In this document: positions 53,708 to 63,595 of the stretch, one piece after another | Numbering within the stretch: position 1 is the first letter of the stretch | Layout: the number at the start of each line of letters is the position of its first letter | Source: Promethearchaeota archaeon | GTDB taxonomy: Archaea; Asgardarchaeota; Lokiarchaeia; Sigyniarchaeales; SOKP01 | Direction of reading: 5' to 3' | Assembly: GCA_019058365.1 (NCBI GenBank) | Contig: JAHPZE010000007.1 | Span: 32,001 to 96,000, forward strand | Length of the DNA stretch: 64,000 nt | Position numbers and translations under genes: made by a program | Notes under the pieces: model-generated | Seen by the model: the letters and a program-made list of their open reading frames with translations, nothing else | What the model was told of the DNA's origin: nothing | The model's database searches: none

Positions 53708-54923
53708 TATTTATTTTCACTTTCTCTTTTAAGATTTCTTCTATAGAATTCTGGAATTCTTCCCTTTCAGTTTTAAGAGTTCCGAGATATCTAGTGTAAT
53801 CTTTGTTTTTTCTCTCAAAATCATTTTGAATGTGCTCTAACTTCACAGTATTTATAGAAATTTCATTTTTTAAATCATCTAATTTTTGAGCGAGCCCAGC
53901 TTCTAGAATTACTAGTTCAATTTCTTTAATTTCATCTTTTAATTGTAAATATTTTTCAATATTTTCTTGTAATTGTTTTTCATTAAAAATTGCATTTATT
54001 TGTTCTATTGTTTTCTGTTTAGTATCTGTTTTAAGATTTAATCTATTCTCTTCTAGACTATGACGTAGCTGTACCATAAGACTTGTGAATTTTGGTAAAT
54101 TTTTTCGTTCGTTAGCTAATATTTTAATTGGATTTTTAATAAAATCTCTTAAATAATTTAAATCAATATTCGGAACATGAATTGTACCTTTTTCTAATTC
54201 AAACCTTAGCTTTTTCAATGCTTTCTTAAAACCTATTTCATCATTAATCGCTAATTGTAATTGAAAAAGATTATCCTTTTCAACTTCCAATCTCTTGAAA
54301 AGCTCATTTTTTTCTAAATCTAACAAATTTGAATTTAATTCTTCTTGTTTTTTATTGCGTTCCTCTAACTGCTTTTTAAACTCATCTAAATCCAACTTCG
54401 CATGCTCAATATTATCTTTAAGGTGAAAGAGTTTTGGTAGCTTTTTAAGGAAATTTTCAGCATTTCTTACATCGGTATATTTCTTTCTTAAAAATGTGTC
54501 CAAATCTGCTTGTTTTTTACCTAATTTTCGAGTAATGTAATTTAATTCTTTAATTTCTGCTTGGACTTCTTTATGAAACTTCGGTAAAGATTTTCTAGCG
54601 ATTTCATTAATACTTGTAAATAATCTCTTAATAGAATTTAACAATTCCATCATATTATCATAATTTATTTCCTTTTCAGGAATTTCTATCTCTTCAATTT
54701 CTTTTCTAATTCTGTCTGAGAAAAAGTTTAATGATCTTTGAGCTTTTTGATCGATCTTTTCCTTACCCGTCTCTAAAAAGTGATCTAAACATACTTTTAT
54801 TTCAAATAAATTCTCTCTAATCTCAGTAAGTAATTTTTTGATCGCTCTCCTTAATTTAAAGAATTGAGATTCGAGCTTCTCTTTATAAAATTCTTCGAAC
54901 TCCTCTAAATCTTTTTCTATCAT
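53691..54923 (-). CDS. Coiled-coil hypothetical protein
   Basis: E/K/L-rich heptads across 410 aa. Confidence 0.7.
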   Translation of the reverse strand: MIEKDLEEFEEFYKEKLESQFFKLRRAIKKLLTEIRENLFEIKVCLDHFLETGKEKIDQKAQRSLNFFSDRIRKEIEEIEIPEKEINYDNMMELLNSIKRLFTSINEIARKSLPKFHKEVQAEIKELNYITRKLGKKQADLDTFLRKKYTDVRNAENFLKKLPKLFHLKDNIEHAKLDLDEFKKQLEERNKKQEELNSNLLDLEKNELFKRLEVEKDNLFQLQLAINDEIGFKKALKKLRFELEKGTIHVPNIDLNYLRDFIKNPIKILANERKNLPKFTSLMVQLRHSLEENRLNLKTDTKQKTIEQINAIFNEKQLQENIEKYLQLKDEIKEIELVILEAGLAQKLDDLKNEISINTVKLEHIQNDFERKNKDYTRYLGTLKTEREEFQNSIEEILKEKVKINITFSF

Positions 54924-54936
54924 TTTCTTTTAAGTT

Positions 54937-56226
54937 TTATTTTATTGACTTAATAATCTTTCTTCCATCCATATATTTTTGGAGTACGTCAGGTATTGAT
55001 ACCGAATGATCCTTGTTTTGATAATTTTCAAGGATACAACAGATGGTACGTTCGGTTGCTATTGCAGTTGCATTTAATGTATGCACAACCTTTTTAGCTT
55101 CTTCAGAACCAACCTTTCCTATTCTAATTTTTAATTTTCTTGCTTGATAATCTAAACAGTTGCTGCATGAAACTAATTCACGATATGTATTTGAAGCAGG
55201 AAACCATGCTTCTAAATCATACTTTTTAGCAGCATTATCATTTAATTCTCCTGAAACTATATTTACTATTCGATACGGTAGCTTTAATTCTTTGTAAAGT
55301 TCTTCAGAATTAGCGATTAATTCTTCATGATGTTTCCATGAATCTTCGGGTTTACAAAATATAAATTGTTCAACCTTTTCAAATCGATGTACTCTAAATA
55401 TTCCGAGGGTATCTTTTCCATGTGAACCGGCTTCTCTTCTAAAACATGATGAGATACCTGCATATTTAAGTGGCAATCTCTTGGGGTCAATTATTTCGTT
55501 ATAATGGTAAGCTGCTAAGGTTTGTTCAGAAGTAGCAATCATGTAAAGATCTTCTCCATCAATTTTATAAAGCTGCTCTTCAAAATCAGTTAATTCTGCT
55601 GCAGCTTTCATTATTTCATGTTTAGTAAAGAAAGGTGTCCACATTGGGATATAATTTTTACTCAATAATTTTTCTAAAGCATATTTCAAAAGAGCTAAGT
55701 TGAGTAGGACTATATCTCCTTTTAAATAAAAAAATCTTGATCCGGCTATCTCTGAAGCTTTTTTAGTATCTGCTCCATCAATTTTTGAAATTAAATCAAC
55801 ATGAGAAATTGGAATAAAATCAAACTTTGGGATTTTGCCTACAATTCTCACAATTTCATTTTCTTCTTCTGTTTTACCAATAGGAACTGATTCATGGAGT
55901 ATATTACCTACCATATAGCGATACTTTTCTCTTTTCTCTAGATAGTCTTCCTTCAATTCTTCTAATTCATCAATATTTTCTTTTATTTCTTTTGATTTAT
56001 TGATTGCTTCCTCGACTTTTTTATTATCCTTTACTTTTTTATACACTCCAATTTTAACAGAAATCTCATTTCTTTTTTTCCTTAAATCTTGTAATTCTTG
56101 TAAGACTGACCTCCACTTTTTATCATATTCTAAAACATTTTCAACATTTATAGGGTTTTTAAACCTTTTTTTCTCTGATTCAATTATTTTGTCAAGATTC
56201 TTTCTGAATAGTTCAATATCAAGCAA
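54937..56226 (-). CDS. serS: Serine--tRNA ligase (bacterial/eukaryotic type)
   Basis: ATSEQ, CFRREAGSHG, FRVHRFEKVE, ELVSCSNCLDYQAR, HTLNAT. Confidence 0.96.
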   Translation of the reverse strand: MLDIELFRKNLDKIIESEKKRFKNPINVENVLEYDKKWRSVLQELQDLRKKRNEISVKIGVYKKVKDNKKVEEAINKSKEIKENIDELEELKEDYLEKREKYRYMVGNILHESVPIGKTEEENEIVRIVGKIPKFDFIPISHVDLISKIDGADTKKASEIAGSRFFYLKGDIVLLNLALLKYALEKLLSKNYIPMWTPFFTKHEIMKAAAELTDFEEQLYKIDGEDLYMIATSEQTLAAYHYNEIIDPKRLPLKYAGISSCFRREAGSHGKDTLGIFRVHRFEKVEQFIFCKPEDSWKHHEELIANSEELYKELKLPYRIVNIVSGELNDNAAKKYDLEAWFPASNTYRELVSCSNCLDYQARKLKIRIGKVGSEEAKKVVHTLNATAIATERTICCILENYQNKDHSVSIPDVLQKYMDGRKIIKSIK

Positions 56227-56335
56227 AGTAAGTCCCTTTATTATTATGGAAACCGGTTTTTATTATTAGAATTTAAAGATTATTATTAAATTAAAATGTG
56301 AAATTTATTCATAAATATTATTATAAAAATTGATA

Positions 56336-56521
56336 TTATTCATGCTGAATCCTATCTGCTATAGTGGAACGTGCTAATGCTGTTCTAATCTTCATTTTAT
56401 CATAACCCACCATATCGATAATCTTCATTATTTTTATTCGTCTTGCTTTTCCTTTTAAACCTTCTTCTGCCATAAACTCTTTTGCAAAATCCTCTTTCTT
56501 ATTTTCTTCTGTCTCTGACAT
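56336..56521 (-). CDS. Small conserved hypothetical protein
   Basis: 61-aa ORF upstream of and co-oriented with serS. Confidence 0.6.
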   Translation of the reverse strand: MSETEENKKEDFAKEFMAEEGLKGKARRIKIMKIIDMVGYDKMKIRTALARSTIADRIQHE

Positions 56522-56732
56522 AATATTAAATAATTATTTTTCCAATAAAAAATTCACGAGAAGAATTAATTAAAGATTAAAAATGAATTAAAAGAAAATA
56601 TACATTAATACTTATTGAAGTCTAATCAGAAAAAATAAATTAATTCCATAATTTCACAAAGCAATAAGATTTGAAGTAAAATTTTAAATAAACAAAAAAT
56701 TTTTGGTGAGTTTTTACAAAAAGGTGAATTAG

Positions 56733-58718
56733 TTGTCTGAAAGTCAGACCAATGTTAGAATAGGAGTTTATATATGTGAGTGAGGAGTGAATATAAAAGC
56801 TTCTGTTGATTGCGATGCGGTTAAAAATGCTATTGAAAATCTCCCAAATGTAGTGATCTCTAGGGTAAATTCTTTTACTTGTAGCGATCCAGGACAAAAT
56901 ACTATCAGAAATGATATTTTAGAACAGGATTTGAATAGAGTAGTAGTTGCTGCATGTACTCCAAAAATCCATGAACCCACCTATAGAGCAGTTTTAATTG
57001 AAGCCGGTTTAAGTCCATATTATTTTCAAATGGTTAATTTAAGAGAGCACTGCTCTTTTGTTCATAGAGATGATAAAAAAAAGGCTACAGAGAAAGCCAT
57101 AAGATTGGTTAAAGCTGGAATTAATCGTGCACGAGAATTAGAAAATATTCCTCGGAAAGAGATTCCTGTAAAAAAAGCGGTTTTAATTGTTGGAGCAGGA
57201 ATTGCTGGAATGAATGCTGCCTTAGATTTAGCCAATCAAGGAATTCCCGTCTATTTAGTTGAAAAAGAAGCAACTATTGGAGGAAAAATGGCGCAATTAG
57301 ATAGGATATATCCAACAGATGATTGCGGAATATGAGTTCTGGCACCAATAATGGTTAATGCATCAAAACATCCAAACATAAATTTATTTACCTATAGTGA
57401 TGTTGTAGAATTCAGTGGTATACCAGGAAATTATAAGGCTAAGATTAGAAAGAATGCACGGTATGTTGACGAGAACAAATGTACGGGATGTGGATTATGT
57501 ACAACTAAGTGTCCTATTAAAGTCCCTAGTGAGTTTGATAGAGGTATTGGTGAAAGAGGAGCAATCTATATTCCATTTCCCCAAGCAGTACCGAAGTTAG
57601 CTGTTATGGATAGAAGTGTATGTATTGATTGCAAAAATTGTGAACGAATTTGCCCTGCTGAAGCAATTAATTTTGAGCAAGAAACGGAATATATCGATAT
57701 CAATATAGGGGCAGTAATTATTGCAACAGGGTGGGATGAGTATCCAATATGGAAATCTAACGAATATAATTATGGATTTTATCCCGATGTAATTACACAA
57801 ATAGAGTTAGAAAGACTGTTAAGTCCTATTGGACCTACAGGAGGACATGTATATCGAATTTCCAATGGAGAAACACCAAAAAACGTAGTGATGATTCAAT
57901 GTGTAGGTTCTAGGGATGTTAATGCTAATCCATACTGTTCTTTCGTTTGTTGTAATGTGGCACTTAAGAATGCCCAATTACTCAAACAAGAATATCCCGA
58001 CATGGATGTTATTATATTTTATATTGACATTCGAACAACCGACAAGGGAAATGAAGAATATTATAGAAAAATAAGAGAATCAGGTATACGAATGATTAGA
58101 GGAAAAGTAGGCGAAATAATAGAGGATAGTAAAACCAATAAATTAAAAGTTAGAGCATACTCATCTTTAACTGGTGAGATTGTAAAAATTAATGCTGATT
58201 TAGTTGTCTTGTCTACAGGAATGATTCCTTCTAAGGGAACAGAAGAAATGGTTGAAGTAATGGGCTTAAGTAAGGGGCCAGGAGGGTTCCTTTCAGAAAT
58301 TCATGGATGTTTAAGTCCACAAGAAACGAAAGATATAGGAATTTACATTGCTGGATGTGCTGCTGGGCCAAAAAATATTCCATATTCAGTATCTTCAGCT
58401 TTAGCAGCTGCAAGTAAAGCATCTACTATTTTATCTCATGACACCATAAAACGAGAATTAATTATCGCTGAAGTAAATGAAGCACTATGTATGGGATGTC
58501 ATAGGTGTGAGAAATTATGCTTCTATGAAGCAATAAAAGTTAATGATAGGGAAATCGCTGAAGTTAATGATTTAAAATGTAAAGGTTGTGGGGTGTGTAT
58601 ATCTTCTTGCCCCGCAAGAGCTATTGACTTGAAATATTATCGAGATCGGCAATTTTCTCAGGAATTTAAGGGTATTGGCAACACTGAATTAGAAACTGTA
58701 GAAAGTATTGAAGAATAA
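56733..58718 (+). CDS. hdrA: Heterodisulfide reductase subunit A-like selenoprotein; Sec UGA at 56781-56783 and 57333-57335
   Basis: TTG start after AGGTGA; RIGVYICE-U-GVNI matches RIGVYVCHCG.NI; PTDDCGI-U-VLAP matches PTxDCxxCIL.P; ORFs 56787 and 57351 are in frame; GAGIAG FAD motif and ferredoxin motifs. Confidence 0.88.
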
Positions 58719-58736
58719 ACAAATTAGAGGTTAATA

Positions 58737-59168
58737 ATGATGTCTAAAGAAAAAAATAATAGTTCTAGACGGATAGTTGCTTTTGGTTGTGATAAGTGAG
58801 GATACTCTGTAGCAGATTTAACCGGTGTGACAAGAAAATCATACTCTACAGATTTTCATCTCATTAGAGTAAGATGCACTGGAAGAGTCGGAATTCATTT
58901 AATTATGGAAGCTTTCTTAAATGGCGCTGATGGAGTTGCGATAATTTCTTGAAAAGAAGGTGAATGTGAATTTGGAAATGGTAATATTAATACATATGAA
59001 CATATACTTTCTTTAAAGAAATTATTAAAATATGAAGGTATTTCTGAAGATCGTGTTCAGCAATATTTCTGTTCAGCAGCAGAGGTCGAAAAATTTATAA
59101 ATTCAGTTAAAGATATTACAGCTAAAATTTATGCTCTCCCTCCACTCCCAAAATATAATCCGAAATAG
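58737..59168 (+). CDS. mvhD: MvhD/VhuD [2Fe-2S] subunit, selenoprotein; Sec UGA at 58797-58799 and 58950-58952 (missing from ORF track)
   Basis: Translation: MMSKEKNNSSRRIVAFGCDK-U-GYSVADLTG...IRVRCTGRV...GADGVAIIS-U-KEGECEFGNGN...FCSAAEVEKF...PKYNPK*; both UGAs sit at MvhD Cys ligand positions. Confidence 0.9.
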
Positions 59169-59223
59169 AATGACCTTTTCAAAAAAATTGTGGTTGAAAA
59201 GCAACTAACCCATTGCTTGGGTT
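59169..59223 (+). promoter_or_regulatory. Candidate SECIS-like element
   Basis: AUGAC just after the mvhD stop, 8-bp stem CTTTTCAA/TTGAAAAG with an A-rich loop, then hairpin AACCCA-TTGCT-TGGGTT; the 3' side reads CAAC rather than canonical NGAN. Confidence 0.4.
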
Positions 59224-59255
59224 TTCGGAAAAATTTAGAATTATGATAAATTAAA

Positions 59256-60755
59256 ATGATTATGAGTCTTGAAGAAAAATTTTCATGGGAATTTTTAAAA
59301 AATATAGCAGATGCTTTAGATTCATATAGAATTCGAGTACTAATAGATGCTAAACAAGATATTTTAAAAGCTGGAATATATGATGAATCTCAATATGATA
59401 CTATCCTTTATAGAATGTTAGATGAAGAAAAGCTAAAATATTCCCTATTTAATTATTTAAAAAATAATTCTAAAAATAATTTAAAAACTCTAATTAAATT
59501 TTCTGAACTTAACTCTATTGATTTAAGTAAAACATTGAGTTTACTAGAATTACTTAAAAATGAAAAACTAATATTTCTTGAAGAAAAAGTGGATAAAATT
59601 GAAGGAGATGAGAATAATCCTGATAAATTCATCTTTAAAGATTATATAATAAAAATTAATGATGATCAAATTTCAAAATTAAAACCTATATATGAACCAG
59701 TAAAAGTGATTTTTGAGTCTAAAATTTGTTCTGGTTGTGGTTTATGTGCGGGAATATGTCCTGTGAATTGCCTTCATATTTATAATGGTTTTGGGAAAAT
59801 TGATGAAGATAAGTGTATTCGTTGTGGATTGTGTTATTTTGTTTGTCCAAGAACTTTTTTACCAATGAAAATTTTAAATATGACACAAGAAAAAGCTTCT
59901 AAGATTAAAGAATATGAGAAGATTGGATATTTTCTTGAAGCTTATTCAGCAAGAACAAAAATTAAAGAAATTTCTGAAATATGTCAAGATGGAGGAATTT
60001 CAAGCACTTGTTTACATTATCTTTTTGATAAAAGTGAAATCGACTTTGCTTTAGGAGCAAAAATGAGTAATACATTATGGCGACCTGAACCAGTTTTATT
60101 AAAAAATAAGGAAGAACTCCTTTCAACAGCAGGAACTAAATATGTAAACAATCCTAACTTGCAAATACTCAATCAAAGTGAACTTAAAAATAAAAAAATC
60201 GCAGTAGTAGGAGTTCCTTGTCAAATGCAAGCAATCCTAAAATCCGAGATTTACAATATTGGAGTCCCCTCCTTAAATTCTATTAATTATAAAATTGGAA
60301 TCTTCTGCATGGAATCCTTTTCTTATGAGTCACTTTTAGAAATATGTACAAAATTGAATGTGGATATTAAGAATGCAAAAAAGATGGATATTAATAAAGG
60401 AAAGTTCCTTATATACACGAACAATGGAGAAGAATTGAACATTCCAATTAAAGATATCTCACACTTAGCTCGAGAAGATTGTGAAATTTGTTATGATTTA
60501 ACCTCTGAATCCGCAGATATTTCAGTTGGATCAATAGGGTCTCCATCAGGATGGAATACGGTACTTATTAGAACTGAAAAAGGAAAAAAACTCTATAATA
60601 AATTGATTGAAAACGACTTAATTGAGTCGAAACCGATAGCAGAAGTGAAACCCGGCTTACCATTATTACAAAAAGTCGCTGGTTCGAAAAAAAGTAAAAG
60701 CATAAAACACATTAATTCAAAAAAAGAAGAAAATGTAAGAGTACCGAATTACTAG
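59256..60755 (+). CDS. FrhB/FdhB-family F420-binding subunit with two ferredoxin motifs and N-terminal extension
   Basis: CSGCGLCAGICP, CIRCGLCYFVCP, QDGG, AGTKY, VVGVPCQ, GIFCME, ADISVGSIGS. Confidence 0.88.
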   Translation: MIMSLEEKFSWEFLKNIADALDSYRIRVLIDAKQDILKAGIYDESQYDTILYRMLDEEKLKYSLFNYLKNNSKNNLKTLIKFSELNSIDLSKTLSLLELLKNEKLIFLEEKVDKIEGDENNPDKFIFKDYIIKINDDQISKLKPIYEPVKVIFESKICSGCGLCAGICPVNCLHIYNGFGKIDEDKCIRCGLCYFVCPRTFLPMKILNMTQEKASKIKEYEKIGYFLEAYSARTKIKEISEICQDGGISSTCLHYLFDKSEIDFALGAKMSNTLWRPEPVLLKNKEELLSTAGTKYVNNPNLQILNQSELKNKKIAVVGVPCQMQAILKSEIYNIGVPSLNSINYKIGIFCMESFSYESLLEICTKLNVDIKNAKKMDINKGKFLIYTNNGEELNIPIKDISHLAREDCEICYDLTSESADISVGSIGSPSGWNTVLIRTEKGKKLYNKLIENDLIESKPIAEVKPGLPLLQKVAGSKKSKSIKHINSKKEENVRVPNY

Positions 60756-60863
60756 GTAATTTTATTTAAAGAAATTTGCTACTTCTACAATTTATTCTTA
60801 AGTAAAACCAAAAATTTAATATTAAATTCTGGATTTACTAACATTAAATTATAGAAGAAAATA
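60449..60863 (+). repeat. Direct repeat copy 1 (frhB-like 3' end plus downstream noncoding sequence)
   Basis: Aligns with 63162-63572. Confidence 0.88.
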
Positions 60864-60890
60864 TAATTTTATCTTATCTTTTTTTACTTT

Positions 60891-61265
60891 TTACACAGAA
60901 TTATAACATTCTATAGCCCTATTAATCTCATTTATTAGTTGATCAATCATAAAGGGTTTATCCCAAAAACTAAAAGCTCCAATAGAATAAGCTTCTTCTT
61001 TAATACTAATATCAGCACTTACAAATATAATTTTTACTTTTTTATCAATTTGTAAAATCTCTTTAGTAGCTTCAATTCCAGTCTTCTCTGGCATTCGATG
61101 ATCCATCAATATTACTTTAGGTCTATCTGAAAATGAATTATACTTTATAACGGCTTCCTCTCCATTGTCTGCGATACCGGCTACTTCAAAACCATAAAAA
61201 GATAAAAGTTTTTTATAAAAAAATTGAAGTGCAGGTTCATCATCAACGATAAATATTCTCTCCAT
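60891..61265 (-). CDS. Single-domain response regulator (CheY-like)
   Basis: IVDDE, ILMDHRMP, VSA, DKPF. Confidence 0.92.
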   Translation of the reverse strand: MERIFIVDDEPALQFFYKKLLSFYGFEVAGIADNGEEAVIKYNSFSDRPKVILMDHRMPEKTGIEATKEILQIDKKVKIIFVSADISIKEEAYSIGAFSFWDKPFMIDQLINEINRAIECYNSV

Positions 61266-61266
61266 T

Positions 61267-62850
61267 TTATTCAACCTCTGGAATTAATACAATAAAATTA
61301 GTTCCTTTCGAATAATCTCCAGTAACTCTATCTTCAACCCATATTTCTCCTTTATATTTATCAATAATTTTTTTCACGAGGGACAATCCTAAGCCCATTC
61401 CATGAATGTATTTATTTTTACCATAACTTCTTTGAAAAATCTTTTCTTTCCGAGTATCCTTTATTCCTATACCATTATCTTGAAATTCAATTTTAAGATG
61501 CTTTATACCCTTTTTTTGCTCTTTTGATATCCTAATATTAATTTCTGGAATTAAACTTTTATTGTGTTTTAATGCGTTAATTAAAATATTCTCGAAAACA
61601 TCTCTAATAAGTTCATTTGATTGGATGTATATTTCTTTACTAATTGAATTGATATTAATTTTAACTTCTTTATCTTGATATATTTTATTTATAAGATCAA
61701 TTGAGTATATTAATATACTATAAATTTCAATCCGATTAAGAGGTATTTCAGATTCTTCAAGTTGAGAAAGTTTACGTATACTTGAAACTAAATTTTTCCC
61801 TCTAATAACTTCATTTTTTATAACTTTTATATTATCTTTTACCCCATCTGGATTATATAACTCTATTTCACATGTCTGCATTCCTGACATTACACCCTGC
61901 AATATGTTGTTAATATCGTGAGCAAATAAATCCTTATATAACTCTACCCTATTATAAGCTTCATGATATTTTTTTTCAGATTTTTTTAGCTTTATAGTGC
62001 GTTCTTCTACCAAGTCTTCGAGTTGTTCATGATATTTAAGTAGTTCTGCTTCACGTAGCTTAAGATCTCTAAAAATAAGATTATAAGGATCTTTAAGACC
62101 TGTTTTAATAATTGCTTTATATAAATAATAAAAAGAAATTATCTTAAAGAGATGTCCAACTAAATTAGAAAATCCATATGCACTAATATATAACGTAAAA
62201 GCCATTTCAGCACAAATTGTAGAAATATTAGAAATAATAATATAATAATAACTTTTTTTTTCAAATTTGATACGGCTTCGGATTATTAGAATTATATTTA
62301 TAAATAGAATTACATCGATAAGATATTCACTATATTTCTTGAATAACGTTAGTCCCACTCCTTCAATGAAGCAAGTAGGGAATATTTTCCAATAGAAAAT
62401 TGTCATCATTATAAGGATAAATATTACCAAATATATGAGAAATATATAATTATAACCAAATTTCTTCTTATTAATTAATAATATCGCAACTAATAGTGAA
62501 ATTGCTTCAAGATATCTTGCAGCAATCCATAACTGGGTCGGGAGATTAGTCTTATAACCTAAAAATATACCCATTCCGCTGTAACCAAGAGTATGTATTA
62601 AATCTATTAGACCTATAAACAAATACGCAATACCTATCATAAGGAAGTAAGAATTATCCATATATTTTCGCGAATTCCAGCCTATGATAAAAATAGAAAA
62701 AGCTATTGTTATGCTGAATAACTCAGCAATTGAATGAAAAAGAAGGTAATTATAATAACTAGTTAAATATATACAAAATAAAGTTAGTAATCCGATGCCA
62801 ATATTAATTCTATTCTTATTCTTTAATTTTTGGTTAGCATTAAGTTTCAT
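61267..62850 (-). CDS. Membrane sensor histidine kinase with MASE3-like input domain
   Basis: NYLLFHSIAELFS...DLIHTLGY...QLWIAARY; H-box AHDINN; DNGIG; GLGLS. Confidence 0.9.
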   Translation of the reverse strand: MKLNANQKLKNKNRINIGIGLLTLFCIYLTSYYNYLLFHSIAELFSITIAFSIFIIGWNSRKYMDNSYFLMIGIAYLFIGLIDLIHTLGYSGMGIFLGYKTNLPTQLWIAARYLEAISLLVAILLINKKKFGYNYIFLIYLVIFILIMMTIFYWKIFPTCFIEGVGLTLFKKYSEYLIDVILFINIILIIRSRIKFEKKSYYYIIISNISTICAEMAFTLYISAYGFSNLVGHLFKIISFYYLYKAIIKTGLKDPYNLIFRDLKLREAELLKYHEQLEDLVEERTIKLKKSEKKYHEAYNRVELYKDLFAHDINNILQGVMSGMQTCEIELYNPDGVKDNIKVIKNEVIRGKNLVSSIRKLSQLEESEIPLNRIEIYSILIYSIDLINKIYQDKEVKININSISKEIYIQSNELIRDVFENILINALKHNKSLIPEINIRISKEQKKGIKHLKIEFQDNGIGIKDTRKEKIFQRSYGKNKYIHGMGLGLSLVKKIIDKYKGEIWVEDRVTGDYSKGTNFIVLIPEVE

Positions 62851-63161
62851 CAGATAATGAAATACCTTTATGATTTTTTTCTAATTTAAATAAAATATAT
62901 CTATTTTTTTGACAATACCCTAAAAAACTAAATAGTACTTTTTTTTACAAAAACCAAATTTTGTTTATAACAATAATATTATCTATGTACGTATATATAT
63001 GTTTTTGGTATATTTATATTTTAATTATACACTAAAAAAGAATTACCAAGGGGAATTTACACTATTCTTTATCTTTCCTAAGAAGCATAAAGACCTAAAT
63101 GTCCTAATCTGCTATATACATTTATACTAGAATTATGAATGAGCTAAAAATCGAGATTAAG

Positions 63162-63572
63162 TAAAGATCACGCTTAGCTCGAGAAGATTGGGAAATTCAT
63201 TACGATTTTATTTCTGAATCAGCAGATATTTCAATCGGATTGATAGAATCTCCTTCAGCTTAGAACAATGTATTTATAAACACTAATAAAGGGAAAAGTT
63301 TTTATAATGAGTTAATTAAAAATAATTCAATTAAGCCCAAACCAATTGAAGACGTAAAACTTGGGTTACCACAATTAATAAGAATTTTAAATTCTAAAAA
63401 AAATAAATGTCTAAAATACATTAAAGGAAAAAAAGAAGAAGATGTGAGAGTTTTAAATTACTAGGTAATTTTATTTAAAGAAATTTGCTAATTCTACAAT
63501 TTATCCTTAAGTAAAACCAAAAATTTAATATTAAATTCTGTATTTACTAACATTAAATCATAGAAGAAAATA
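63162..63572 (+). pseudogene. Direct repeat copy 2: decayed fragment of the frhB-like 3' end plus a near-identical noncoding tail
   Basis: Translates LAREDWEIHYDFISESADISIGLIESPSA*NNVF...EEDVRVLNY*, versus intact LAREDCEICYDLTSESADISVGSIGSPSGWNTVL...EENVRVPNY*. Confidence 0.85.
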
Positions 63573-63595
63573 AAATACTAATTGAATGAGTTCAT

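Noticed and set aside
60864-63161. Autonomous mobile element
   Set aside because: No integrase, transposase or terminal inverted repeats between the direct repeats
63162-63572. Diversity-generating retroelement template/variable repeat pair
   Set aside because: Differences are not adenine-specific and no reverse transcriptase is in the window
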